Source of the DNA: an uncultured Nitrososphaerales archaeon | GTDB lineage: Archaea > Thermoproteota > Nitrososphaeria > Nitrososphaerales > Nitrososphaeraceae | NCBI GenBank assembly: GCA_963713605.1 | Contig: CAVQMO010000012.1 | Location: forward strand, 128,001 to 192,000 | Reading direction: 5' to 3' | DNA length: 64,000 nt | Shown: one piece after another, positions 11,149 to 22,375 of the stretch | Numbering within the stretch: the first letter of the stretch is position 1 | Layout of the letters: each line of letters starts with the position of its first letter | Translations under genes and position numbers: made by a program | The notes under the pieces: model-generated | Databases searched by the model: none | What the model saw: the letters and a program-made list of their open reading frames with translations, nothing else | What the model was told of the DNA's origin: nothing

Positions 11149-11818
11149 TTAAATGAGAAGACCTATAATCCCTTGTAAGTCGCCGACATTTCCTATTGAT
11201 CCCCAATTTACTATGCCTCCACAACCAGTAGGTTCTTCCAATGCCTTAAGTGCACCAATAATCAATGGAAGTGGTAGACTGGCCAGAAATGATCCACCAC
11301 CAGCCAAAAGATGCCATTGCGTATACATTCAACTGCGCGCTCTCCTTCTGTAGTGAGAGTATTGTCCGGATTAACTAGAACATCGCATGATGATACCAAG
11401 GCTGCTTGTAAGTCGTTTCATGTCTTAATCCAGTCGATACCTTCTCCTTGCGACGTAGGTGATTGAGTAGAGGACTCTGCTGGGAATGGTTTGTCAATTA
11501 AACCTCCTCCTCTATCAATGGAACCTCCGGTCTGACTGGATTGCGAAGGTTGAGTCGGCGTCGATCCTCCTGTCTTTGAAGAGGGTGGTTGGGTATCAGG
11601 TGATTTTACTGGGTCACAAGTAAAATCATCATAGTACCCCCGAACAAACTCATCTGTATAACCTTCGAGTTGCCCTACCGTTTTGGATTCAGCCAATCCA
11701 GAAGAAGCCTCGTCACAACCCCTATCACGACCTGTGTCATATTGAGAACTCATGCATAAACTTGAAGAGTACCGATTAACTGTTGTGAAATCAGTGTGCT
11801 ACTAACTGCCATAGTCAT
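11149..11818 (-). pseudogene. Secreted thaumarchaeal hypothetical protein, disrupted
   Basis: YDTGRDRGCDEA...GIDWIKT*NDLQAALVSSCDVLVNPDNTLTTEGERAVECIRNG / frameshift / LAGGGSFL...PTGCGGIVNWG; internal TGA plus frameshifts. Confidence 0.7.
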
Positions 11819-12052
11819 GAACTATTCCTTTATTTGAAAAGACTGGTGACTTAATTATTGAACTAAGAAGTTTTTTGGAAAGTACTATTGAGGTATTACG
11901 TCGTTATTAATGCCACCCTCAGGTGGCCTTTTGCACCAATGGAAGTATCAATACCTAAAGATGTTGCTACTGCAATAAAATCACAGAAAAGTGAAAAATT
12001 AAGGATGTATTGACTGAACTAAAATATACATAGATAGGTTTCAAGAGGAGAT

Positions 12053-12271
12053 ATGAGCGATAATTCTGAAGAACTGGTAACAATTGACGGCCTACAATTC
12101 AAAAAGTATCAGATAGATTGTATGCAAATACTTACTAAGGCGCAAAAATATGGTGACGTTAAAAAATTCATAGAAGGTAGTGTTTTACTAAATATTAGAG
12201 CACAGCTAGAATCATCGGAGGCGAACTACGCAACGCCAATTCTAGATAGATTAAAAGAAGATGGATTTTAA
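12053..12271 (+). CDS. Small hypothetical protein
   Basis: ATG with GAGGAG RBS, 72 aa, natural composition. Confidence 0.65.
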   Translation: MSDNSEELVTIDGLQFKKYQIDCMQILTKAQKYGDVKKFIEGSVLLNIRAQLESSEANYATPILDRLKEDGF

Positions 12272-12275
12272 TTTT

Positions 12276-12600
12276 TTAGTTAGTCCTATCTTTCCCTCTG
12301 CCTTCTTGCAGCATTGTAATAAACTTCTCTGGTTCTGATAGTAAGGCGTGCCATTCGTCTTTCATATCTTTAATATCTTTCTTTAACATCACAATTTCTT
12401 GATCCTTCTCTTTCATTGCAACCTCTATATTTTTGGACCTGGCGTCCAGTGATGAGTAACCTACGTACTGTAAGGCTGGGCATGCATTTGGTTGTGTTAA
12501 TTTCGCGCCGCTCATTCTCAGTGTGCGTCCAGTAAACGGAATGGTTGTATCCGAGGTACCAGTTTGCGAACTCACTATTGGTCTGTTCATTTGCCATAAA
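12276..12600 (-). pseudogene. C-terminal remnant of a Nitrososphaera-type tyrosine recombinase/integrase
   Basis: QTNSEFANWYLGYNHSVYWTHTENERREINTTKCMP / frameshift / YVGYSSLDARSKNIEVAMKEKDQEI resembles the LGH..Y catalytic box and coiled tail of these integrases (recognised from memory). Confidence 0.65.
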
Positions 12601-12886
12601 AATTAGTTTCTTGTAAATTCCTATAGGCTCACACGGGAATGGCTTACTTCGTCTTTGCGTCACCCATAATCGGGTTTCCTGAATACATTTGGTGAAGTAG
12701 TGGAACGTGAAACCGCATGGTCCTCTCTAAGGTAAGACTACGTTGATTTGGTTCTAACACAAGCAAAATGATCCTATCTTTCTATAATGATCTGAATTAG
12801 GTTTTTTTACACATTAATCCACGATAGTATTTTGGAAATTCAAGTAAAAATAAAGGGGGGATGCTTCAGTATTTCAGCGAATCCTA

Positions 12887-13144
12887 TTACTTCACAGTAA
12901 GACCGATCTCTGGAAATGTTTGATCTGCTGCTAATGATACTGCATTCTCGTCGCCTTGAATCTGTGAAGCAATGTTCTGACATCCGACGTTGAGAGGTAG
13001 TTCACCATTTCCACAGGCGTTTGCCTGAGATAATGCTTGGTTCTTGTGGTATTTGGTTGCAAAAGCGCTGTCAGTTGTTATTGCTGTTGCACCTACTAAC
13101 GCTGCTGCAAGTACCGCCACAATTGCGATATATTTGAGGTTCAT
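12887..13144 (-). CDS. Small secreted two-Cys protein (SQANxCGN family), copy 1
   Basis: Signal peptide ending SAFA; SQANACGNGELPLNVGCQNIASQIQGDEN; paralogs at 40578 and 41172. Confidence 0.85.
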   Translation of the reverse strand: MNLKYIAIVAVLAAALVGATAITTDSAFATKYHKNQALSQANACGNGELPLNVGCQNIASQIQGDENAVSLAADQTFPEIGLTVK

Positions 13145-13179
13145 GTTTCTGGGAAGTAGTGAACATGCTATACTTATGT

Positions 13180-13232
13180 CAATTAAGCAAGTTCAGGCGA
13201 TTACTTAAATCTGATATATATTCTATTAGAAC
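13180..13232 (-). promoter_or_regulatory. Conserved upstream element of the SQANxCGN family (also 40888-40941 and 41489-41541)
   Basis: Sense consensus GTT(C)TAATAGAA(A/T)A(A/T)ATATC(A/T)GAT(T/A)TA...TG(A/G)A(C/T)TTGC(C/T)TAAT in all three copies. Confidence 0.7.
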
Positions 13233-13469
13233 GAAATCAAGACAACCGTTCTCATATAGTAATATCAGATATTGCCCGTCACCAGATGTTAACAAGAACA
13301 TAGAGACGCCACTTCCAACTTTGGTGTTGTCTGATGATGGAGTCCTATAACACCTTTATTGGCGAGCACTTGCAATTAATCAAAATAACAACTATAATCC
13401 TTACGGACCTCTCTATTCCACTTCTACAACGGGTTATCCTTATGCCCCTCAGTCAGCGTCAAGCGGAGG

Positions 13470-13615
13470 TTGAGCCATTCATATCCAGATATAAGTATAC
13501 GGGACCTCCACCCTCCTTAGCCTGTGAACAGGTCTCTTCTAGAAACTTCAGAGTTCTTCCACCTGACCAGCATAGATTCGACGATGATAGGGACCGCATT
13601 GGGTGTGAAGCATGA
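13470..13615 (+). pseudogene. Excalibur-like calcium-binding domain remnant
   Basis: SYPDISI / PPPSLACEQVSSRNFRVLPPDQHRFDDDRDRIGCE, a degenerate DGDxDGIGCE motif. Confidence 0.7.
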
Positions 13616-13826
13616 ATGAAGGGTGGCATATCTCAACTAGAACAAGAATATTTCTAGCCACTCTAATAATAGGCGACAAGGTGCCAGGTTTCGTAACTAG
13701 GTCAAGGATTGCGTTGCCGAGTGCGTCTTTGCGTATTTTCTTAAATCTGCCATGAAAATCCTGAATCCCAAGAACTAGATTTATACTTTGAATGACCGCC
13801 ACGCTATTAAAAAGATAACATAAGAA

Positions 13827-14117
13827 ATGCAACAGCGCGACAAGTACGATATAGTCAAAGACATCCTCGAGATAGTCTATGATACTGAGCCTCTTTATCG
13901 TAATCAGATGAATCAGACGAGGATAGGTTATAAAGCAAACTTGACGCATCCGCAAACCGTCAAGTATCTAAGAAAGTTAGTAGACTTAGGACTGCTCGTT
14001 TCGACGGATATCAAACCCTTTTCTTACTACGAAATCACTAAGAAGGGACGGCGATGTCTGCAGTTATTCGGCGAGCTAGAGGACGATTTAAGACCAGTCT
14101 TTTCCGCGGAGGGCTAA
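13827..14117 (+). CDS. Archaeal winged helix-turn-helix regulator (HTH_45/ArnR1-like)
   Basis: RDKYDIVKDIL...TRIGYKANL...YLRKLVDLGLL...YEITKKGRRCL. Confidence 0.85.
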   Translation: MQQRDKYDIVKDILEIVYDTEPLYRNQMNQTRIGYKANLTHPQTVKYLRKLVDLGLLVSTDIKPFSYYEITKKGRRCLQLFGELEDDLRPVFSAEG

Positions 14118-14694
14118 AAAAAGATTATTGTTAGGAAATTATGCCAATAATGCATATTATTAGTCATTAGTTTCAGTTTAAACCTATGGAGAAAACCATT
14201 CACGTTAACAGTTGTGATATTTTTACGATTGTTATAATTTTGACGTCCTTAGGACCTAAAGTCAAAGATCAACCTCGAGTTAGAGGGTAACGCTAACCAT
14301 TCCAACTCCTTTAATAGAGATTCATATTTATTCCAAAATGGCAAAAGAATAAAGTTGTCTATTTGTTTGCATGAGATATCCGATTCAATCATGATCAGTT
14401 ATGAAATAGATTCAATTTAAGGATTTATGTCTTTTTAACAATTAGATCGGATAGTAATTTGCGTCTTGTGTAATACACCAAGATATCTTTTGTCTGGCCA
14501 TTCAATAAGTTCACATTTACTACACATTGTGAAACTTCACAAAATGCCTTTACTTATATATGCTTGTGTTAGCTTCATCATTTCTAAATGTTCTTTGTTA
14601 AACATTACAGGAACAATCAAAGGACTGCGACATTCTGTATATTTGAATTTATTAAGTAATACTAGTAATAGCGCAAGAACTACGTGATAAAAAT

Positions 14695-14751
14695 ACCGAT
14701 ATTAGTAAAGGTCACACGTTGTTAGTTGATGGAGGCCTAGTCAGCCGATGA
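14695..14751 (+). pseudogene. Extreme C-terminal stub of an SDR oxidoreductase
   Basis: DISKGHTLLVDGGLVSR* resembles the SDR terminal motif GxxLxVDGG; very short. Confidence 0.4.
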
Positions 14752-14831
14752 GAATCTGAACTAAATGTATTTTTGCCGGTATGTATTTAGTGGCTAACAC
14801 TTTTGAGTTTTCAATGGACTCAATACAAAAA

Positions 14832-16508
14832 TTATCCCAGAAAATCGTCATCAAGCAGAATTCTATTTCTGGAATAATCAACGTCCGCAGAAATTACAAC
14901 AGGAATATCTTTTGACCTTCTGGCTTTTTTTAAACAATCTGAAAATTCATTTACTGATTTTACAGCATAACCTATTGCTCCAAAACTGCTTGCCAACTTT
15001 ACAAAGTCAGGATTGTTAAACTCTGTAAAGGCCTTCTTTCCAAATTCCTCAATTTGCTTTAAAGAAATCACCCCGAATTCCCTATCACACCAGATCACAA
15101 TTATTATAGGCAATCTGAGGCGAACAGCTGTTTCAAGCTCTTGAACATTCATTAGAAAACCTCCGTCACCACACATAGCAACAACTTTTCTCTTAGGAAA
15201 AGCAAGCTGTGCTGCAATCGCACCAGGAAGTGCAAAACCCATCGACGCAAATCCATTTGATATAATACAAGTATTTGGATGGTATGTACTGTAGATTTTC
15301 GCTATCCATAATTTGTGAGCACCTACGTCTGAAATAAGTATATCCCGATCATCTAGGGCTCTTCTAACATCTGCAATCAATCTCTCAGGCTTGATAGGAT
15401 ACCCAAGATCATCGGCATGCCTCTGAACTCTCTCATCTATCTCTTTTCTAATTCTCTTAAAAGTCTCTGGAACTTCATTACGCACAAAGTAATTTACAGT
15501 GGAATTTTTAAATCTTCTTTCTCTCCTCAAACCAGTTAACATAGCATTTATTGCTAATCCTATATCTGCTGCAATCTCAATATCAGGCGGATAATACGTA
15601 TCTACCTCTGCCGGTGTAAAGTCTATGTGGATAATCTTTTTACTAAGATCGTCATTCCAGAATCTTGGACTGTATTCTACCAGGTCATAACCTATTGCAA
15701 TGACCAAGTCCGCTTCCTTCATCGCTATCAATGCATGATCTGCATCTTTGATACCAATAGTCCGAAGATGTCTTTCCCATCTATCCGAGATCACGCCCTT
15801 CGCCATAAATGTATTCACAGAGGATATTCCAGTTTTTTCAACAAACTTCCTAACATGAAAGCTTGCTTTTCCTCTAATGCAACCATTTCCCACTAAGACA
15901 AGCGGTTTTTCAGCTTGAAGAATTAGTTTTACTGCCTTCACTATTAGACGTCTGTTTGGATGCGAACGTAGTAGGACATCTTCCTCTTGTTTTTCAATGG
16001 GCTTTATTCTAGATTGCTGCTTTGCTACATCCTGTGGTAATTCGATGTGTGTCGCTCCCGCCTTTTCCTCCTTTGCTATTTTAAATGCTCGCCTAACAAT
16101 CTCTGGAATATTATCTCCATTACGAATTGATTGATTCCATTTTGTTATCGGTTTGAACATAGTTATCACATCCATATTCTGATGTGACTCTTTGTGTAAC
16201 ATATTAGAATCAATTTGTCCAGTGATCGCCAATACTCTCGATCTATCCATGTTAGCACTTGCTATTCCAGTTGTCAGATTAGTAGCTCCTGGACCTAGCG
16301 TGGCTAGACAGACGCCAACTCGACCTGTCAATCTGCCGTAAACGTCTGCCATGAAGGCAGCCGACTGTTCATGTCTTGTCAGAATGAATTTCGCAGTTGA
16401 ATTTAGTAAAGATATCATAATATCGGCAGTTTCTTCACCAGGTAAACCAAAGACGTAATTGACCCCCTCGGCTTCAAGGCACTTAATTAACAAATCGGAT
16501 GTTTTCAT
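14832..16508 (-). CDS. ilvB: Acetolactate synthase large subunit-like TPP enzyme (stand-alone)
   Basis: FGLPGEE, TRHEQSAAFMA, TLGPGATN, GDGGFLMNVQELETA TPP motif. Confidence 0.9.
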   Translation of the reverse strand: MKTSDLLIKCLEAEGVNYVFGLPGEETADIMISLLNSTAKFILTRHEQSAAFMADVYGRLTGRVGVCLATLGPGATNLTTGIASANMDRSRVLAITGQIDSNMLHKESHQNMDVITMFKPITKWNQSIRNGDNIPEIVRRAFKIAKEEKAGATHIELPQDVAKQQSRIKPIEKQEEDVLLRSHPNRRLIVKAVKLILQAEKPLVLVGNGCIRGKASFHVRKFVEKTGISSVNTFMAKGVISDRWERHLRTIGIKDADHALIAMKEADLVIAIGYDLVEYSPRFWNDDLSKKIIHIDFTPAEVDTYYPPDIEIAADIGLAINAMLTGLRRERRFKNSTVNYFVRNEVPETFKRIRKEIDERVQRHADDLGYPIKPERLIADVRRALDDRDILISDVGAHKLWIAKIYSTYHPNTCIISNGFASMGFALPGAIAAQLAFPKRKVVAMCGDGGFLMNVQELETAVRLRLPIIIVIWCDREFGVISLKQIEEFGKKAFTEFNNPDFVKLASSFGAIGYAVKSVNEFSDCLKKARRSKDIPVVISADVDYSRNRILLDDDFLG

Positions 16509-16794
16509 AACCTATTTATCAATTATGTTAGTAGCCTGTATACCTTAAGTTAGTTGTGTGTTATACGGGTGGTTGCAATTACATGATACTGTTGAGTAAC
16601 TATACACTAAGTACGACGCTTCAAAATGGGACTTTAACGGTCAGAAGGGAAAGGGAAAATCCCAGACAGACTATGCAGGTGGTAGGAATCACATGACTAG
16701 ATTCATTTACGTGCTGAGTAGTCTAGAGACAAGAAGACAGTATTCTCGACCTAGACCAGAAGGGTTAGGAGTCTGATTTAGTAGATTCTGACAA

Positions 16795-16826
16795 TAAAAA
16801 AATGGGCTTAGTCTCTAGCCCCCCTA
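16795..16826 (-). terminator. Hairpin plus T-tract after the Cys-rich pseudogene
   Basis: Minus strand reads GGGCTAGAGACTAAGCCC-ATTTTTTT. Confidence 0.5.
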
Positions 16827-16859
16827 TTCTGAATCCTCATTATAATTATCTAATTGTCA

Positions 16860-17510
16860 TTACTGCTAATTGTCTCCACCGTTACCATCGCCATCCCATC
16901 ATCACCAACAGAATTGTCGCCTATTTCTTCACTGCTGGGATCCTCGTTATCCGGGTTCTCCGGCGAGTCTTCGTCCCCCGTACTCCCTTGCTGATCTTGT
17001 TCTGGGTCTTGTGCCTAGACCGGTTCAGGTGGTGAAGGATCTCCGGGTCTGCAGCAACACAATATGCAGACTGCTTCCATGGGCCTGGCGGTGTCACAGG
17101 TGTAGTTGCATCCTGTAATTATAGTTGCCGAGTTGGGGTAGTGGAGATGGGGGGATTGTTGCATTCTGCTTTGTTTGGTTCTAGTGTTCCATCTGGACAT
17201 GTGACGGGTACGCCTACAACGACACACTCCCCAGTTTGTGTGAATATCACTACTTATTGGGAGGACATCCTGTATTCAATGGCGTTTCACATTTTCTGAC
17301 TACGTCGTCGACCGTCCCGTCTGGACATGTCACAGTTAGACCGCCAGACCTAGGGGTATCACCTCTCTGCTAATCTCTATAGAGGGAGGAACATTGTCAA
17401 TCTCCCTTCCGGGGTCAGGAGATGCAAAGACAGTGTATGGCATTCCTGATGTCAGAAGTACCATAGATGGTATTAGCCAAACCAATAATCTCATCAAACC
17501 GAGCTGCTTA
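16860..17510 (-). pseudogene. Secreted Cys-rich repeat protein with acidic tail, disrupted
   Basis: Signal-like MRLLVWLIPSMVLL...VFA; two VTCPDGT repeats; D/E/G-rich tail QDPEQDQQGSTGDEDSPENPDNED; several stops and frameshifts. Confidence 0.55.
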
Positions 17511-19130
17511 ACCTCCAACCCCTTCGCATTAAGAGTCGCGTAAACTGAGTCCAGTATAATTCCTACTCTATTGCGTTCCTTCCTCCCTGCCATGAAACTA
17601 TGGAATACGTGTCAACATTTAAAGTTTGGATGACAGACAGGGCAGTTGTAAGGTATGACATCAAACTTTGAATAATTTCCTCAGGGTTGGTTGTTGATAC
17701 GCTCTAGCTCCCGGTATGGAAACTATTTAATAGTATGCCAAGTATTTACTACTGGCAGTGGGGAGCATTTAAATCGCTCTTAAAGAATCTCACTGCCGAC
17801 TGTATGGTAGACGACCAATGCGTCTGACATGCCAAGTTATTCACTTGGTCGCTATGTAATCCATATTCATTAGATAAAACAGTATCAGCATACAATGACC
17901 CGCCTTTGATTCATGTTTTCTTCCTACCGCTGAAAACATGAGAGTCATTGAGCTACGGGGAATGAACCTCCAGCTAAAGACTTCTCACTAAGCAGTGGAA
18001 CTAATACAAGCCAAGTTGATACACGTCAGAAGAGAGCACCACCAGCAATTGAGGACTTCTCACTACGACAGATTATTCCAGCTGAACTGCCTTTTCTAGT
18101 CTATATATACGTCTAGTAAGAATGGTGGCATAAAGCCCACTCTCTTTTATTTTCTAAACTAAGCCTGTCAGGATCACTAATGTCGCTTTCCTTGAGGAAA
18201 CGGTTGCAAAGATTAATTTTTTTCGAGAGCTACTTACATTTTGTTTGGGTCTCCATGAGACTCTTCAAGTTCGAGATTCAGTTTTTCATCTTTCATTTTC
18301 AACTCATCCATCAATTTGCGCATGTATCGACTATTCTAGGTCGGAGACGTATGTATTAATCTTCACAATGATTATTGTATGATTGATAGGTTAAATAATG
18401 GCAATGATAGTAACTTTTTTTACTTAATTAGTACCAATCTAATAAACCAGTGAGACTCGAAACATGTCTTATCCTAATAAAGGTGTGAGTACTAATTGCG
18501 CATAAAGAGAAATAGTAATTAAGTAAAGTGTTTCTTGTTCAGATTTTACATTCAAAAAATAAAGAACATAATACTTTTCCTGTGTTCTCAAAGCCCATCA
18601 TTCATTTTTTCCTTCTCATTTTCTAACTTATTTGAAGGAAAATAATGGTGTAGATCCATCCATTCTTCTTCGGCCATCCAATAGCTACAAAACCATTTCT
18701 TTAATTTCTGATTATATTCTCCATGTTCGGGCAAAATTAACTACAAACTTGTCACAGATTAAAGGTGCTATAATACTTTTGGTTGATAATTCAATTCCAA
18801 GATTCTGATTCTGATTCTGATGGCAACGGAATCTTTTTTAAAATAGGAAATTCTGAAGGGAATTTTAGCCTTGCGTAGGGCACAGTACCTAAATGTTAGG
18901 GAATTCTGACTAGATATGGAATGGTGATAGATTAAGTATCATGCTGTATCACAACATCCACTGGGCTAATTTTAGGTACCTATCTATCATGACATCACCA
19001 GTGCAACTTCAAGCACATTAAATATTTTTCAGCCAGAAAGTAAATCTTATGGTTTAACATAAGCCGAAAATCCTAAAAACCTCTGGAAATGGGCGATGGA
19101 AATACCTGCCGATGAGAATCCTGTTAATGA

Positions 19131-19739
19131 CTATCTCTTCATTTCATTCTTGACCGTGCGTTTCTGCCTCTTTTGAATTTGGTACTCTTAAATGACTTGC
19201 TTTTTTTAGATTTAGGTTTAACAGTAGCCGTAACTGAAGATGATAATTTTCTAAATTTTGTCCTTGGTCTTGTTTTTGTCCTTGCTATAGAAGCTTGCCC
19301 TTATCCTTTGAATATCATTTTGGATTCGCGCCATTTGTTTTTGCAGCAGACTGACTTGAGATTTTATCTGCTTTATAGATTGGAATTGTGACTGGCCTGT
19401 TCCTGTTGTCGACTTGGTCTGCTTCTGCCTTTGTAAAGATTGAATCATCATTGTTACTTTATTAATCTGATTTCCCTGCTTCTCTACTTGCTTTGATATG
19501 TTTGATAAATAAGAAGTTATTCTCCTCTTCTGTTTGCTTTTGCCAATTTTGGATTCCTCTTGTGCCTGCTCTATTTGTTTGTTCTGTTCTTGCACTTCGT
19601 GTTCTGCTGGAGGTGCTTCTACTGTCGAAAGCTGTTCATCTGTCACATCAATTGAAGTAGTAGGTCCTACTTCACTTTCCTCTAACGGTTTATCCATCTC
19701 TTCAGTCATAATAGATCCTTCATCTCTTTCCTCCCGCAT
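19131..19739 (-). CDS. Paralog of 9240-9827 with a +1 frameshift at ~19295
   Basis: Shared core; the shifted frame continues ASIARTKTRPRTKFRKLSSSVTATVKPKSKK...*, matching the paralog's TRFRKLSSATTTIVKPKS. Confidence 0.8.
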
Positions 19740-20189
19740 GGGCTGTTCTTCGTCTCCATCTTATTTATCTTAGATATAAATGAACTTTACCCTGAACAAT
19801 GCCTGCAATTTAAGATCATACAGCCAATTGATTAGTTTCTACCTCCAACAATAACTAACATGCCAAAAAGTAGTACATTTTTCATTTTTTTTCTAACCAC
19901 CAATAAATTGTGCACGCCTTAGATTATCGAAATTAGAGGCCGTCAGGTTAAGGATGCCCACCTGCTTACCTCGGTGTCAGGAAGGTCAACCATAACGGAC
20001 CACGTGGAAGAAAACCTGTAAATGTCTTATGTGTGGAATGAAAACATCCGGTAACCTTTACCAGGCTGAGGTTCTGATCCACCATGCTATTCTAGAGAAA
20101 TCTTACGGTAAAATATTATTATGCAATGCGAGCACAGCGTTGCGCTCTACCGACTAGTTTAAAGGTCGATTTACAGTACCATTTTTAAA

Positions 20190-20977
20190 ATGGGTAACAA
20201 GACGTGGGTTTGTGCATTATGCTCACAGGACTTTACGAGAAAATATAGTGCTTACCGACACAGTCGGGATCTTCATCGTGGTCAAGGTAAAATAGTTCGA
20301 ATGATCGATTATGTGATTGGGCGAATTGCAGGATAGTATTATCCAGGCAACCCGTTAACCTATAGGTCGAGTTACAAGCAGCATGATCCAACTTACCCTA
20401 AAGGATTCAATTTCCCTTCTGCATCCATAGCACACGACAGCTCTCAAGGAAACTCCTCAAATACGGTTCCGCATAACAAAGAACATGTACCTGATCAACA
20501 ACCAAATACTAATTCAGTTCAGTCTTCCACCAATCCCATCTGTGGATTTACATCAAAGTTGGACGATATCCAAAAATTGTCCCGAGCTCTTCTTCTTCCT
20601 CCTCAAACCACTGAGGCGTTGCTCAGGGGCTTATCTTTAACAGTTATTATCAACGGAGGAAATGAAGACATTTTGGACCGCGGTTTAGAAGCGTTGGGAA
20701 ATAATATGAAGGTGACGGAAGCATCTCGCTATTTGTTTGGCGCTCCAACTAAGGAGGCGAATAGGGCTCCATTATATGGCCACCAGGTAAAACATCTACC
20801 TGAATCCTCAAGGACCAAATTAGCAGAAATCGAAAAAATGCTGAAACTAATCTTAGAAATGATGTTGCGGTTTGGGAAGAGATAAAAAGATTGATTGACT
20901 TATGCAACTCTACACGTAACCACATTATTCTTGATCTTGAATTAGAGTCTCTTAGGAGTCTTCAAAAAAATCTCTGA
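20190..20977 (+). pseudogene. Thaumarchaeal protein with N-terminal C2H2 Zn finger, disrupted
   Basis: MGNKTWVCALCSQDFTRKYSAYRHSRDLH...DYVIGRIAG*YYP is in frame with ORF 20559-20885; further frameshift near the end. Confidence 0.7.
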
Positions 20978-21251
20978 CCTCTCTAGCTAGATATCCCTTA
21001 GGATTCATGTCTTTGGCAATTCCAAGTGTACTGCCATAATTCATCATGCAAGTAGAAGTTGTATATGGTAGTCTAAATCACTAATGATATGTTAATATGT
21101 TATCAAGACTGATTTCAAATTAATAAGAGTAGACCTATTTCCAAAACCTAATACCACGAAAAGATGTATAATTGCCATAACTCCTCCAAATGTAACATAA
21201 ACTGTATTTACGACTACTTTATATTGTATATAATCGATTCATGTAATTATA

Positions 21252-21737
21252 ATGAAAATCATATCGATTGCAATTACGCTTATTGTAACTATCGCAGTCA
21301 TTTTATTTGCAGCATCGACGATCGATACCGTCAGCAATGCTGTTCTTGCCCAGAATACCTCTAATTCTTCATCATCATTGACAAAACTTACTGATGGGAG
21401 AAGTATAACTATAAAACTCGAACCGTTCCCTAATCCTATCAAGTCTAATGAACAAACTCAGTTAAAAGTCTCGTTTTTCAAACCTAATACCGAGGAGATT
21501 CAACCGCATATAGACTATGACATGATAATTAGTGAAACAAACACTAATAAGACAATATTTCAGGCTTCTAATCAGACGGGTCAAGCTGGAATACCGTTGC
21601 ATACTGCAGAAAGTATTGTAACAATACCCTTTACCTTTCCTACTAAAGGAGAATATACAATAAAAATACCTATTTATGGAATCCTCTTTAATCCAATAGC
21701 TCCTGAATCAGTAACGTATACGACTCACGTTGAATAA
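21252..21737 (+). CDS. Secreted thaumarchaeal Ig-like domain protein
   Basis: Signal peptide; IQPHIDYD...LHTAES...PFTFPTKGEYTIKI...GILFNPI pattern. Confidence 0.8.
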   Translation: MKIISIAITLIVTIAVILFAASTIDTVSNAVLAQNTSNSSSSLTKLTDGRSITIKLEPFPNPIKSNEQTQLKVSFFKPNTEEIQPHIDYDMIISETNTNKTIFQASNQTGQAGIPLHTAESIVTIPFTFPTKGEYTIKIPIYGILFNPIAPESVTYTTHVE

Positions 21738-21949
21738 TATTCAATTTTCAAAATTAGATCTTCCTATTACTCTCAATAGGAACGAAAATGTCAATCTTCG
21801 TTTCTCGCAAGGCCTTAAGTATATTCCATTGCTGGTCCTGAGATAGATAGACAGAATGGATAAATATGGTGCTATAGATGATCATCAGTATATTCAATTC
21901 CACACATATTTTGATATACAACGGGTAAACCGGGTGGAGTTCGGCAGAA

Positions 21950-22375
21950 TTCCATTATTCCATAAGGTTTCAAAAACATACCTTTGATGCTCGATTAATT
22001 CTTTTGCATTACTATAGATGATCTGAGCTGCTGGCCAGCTTCATGGAAGGTGGCAGGAGCAAGGTATCCAGTTTCACTGATGTAAAAGTTTCTCTTAATT
22101 CCTTCAAGATGTCGAAGCTCGTCAACCAATGACAACGACATCAACTGCATGCAATAAGAGATGTTATCATTATTAATTTCAGTAGCGTATCTAAGCGTGA
22201 CTCCTCTCCTTCTAGCATCAAGGAATGCTCTCTTCAACATTACAATGTCAATTGCTAATGAAGGTCGAGTGTAGTCAACACAGGCATCGATTTTGCCTTT
22301 AGTTTGGTACAAGAATCGTAATACCGTATTCATTACATTATCAATTCCATAAAAAATCGGTGCTCTCCTTAATCA
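21950..22375 (-). pseudogene. N-terminal sensor domain of a Nitrososphaeraceae histidine kinase; kinase part absent
   Basis: IDACVDYTRPSL...RRRGVTLRYATEINNDNISYC...ELRHLEGIKRNFYISE / AAQIIYSNAKELIEHQRYVFETLWN. Confidence 0.75.

Noticed and set aside
18650..18740. Minus-strand EHGEYNQK/NGFVAIGW, like a restriction endonuclease (Mrr-type) N-terminus
   Set aside because: Under 25 codons and needs a frameshift; too weak to call
19935..20085. GC-richer stretch faintly resembling SRP RNA (TCAGGAAGG..CCATA)
   Set aside because: Lacks the CAGG-CCC-GGAA-GGG-AGCA helix-8 motif; also reads as a decayed Cys-rich ORF (CKCLMCG)
21191..21199. TGTAACATA as another copy of the copper-locus motif
   Set aside because: Lacks the TCG and has the wrong spacing to TATA and start codon
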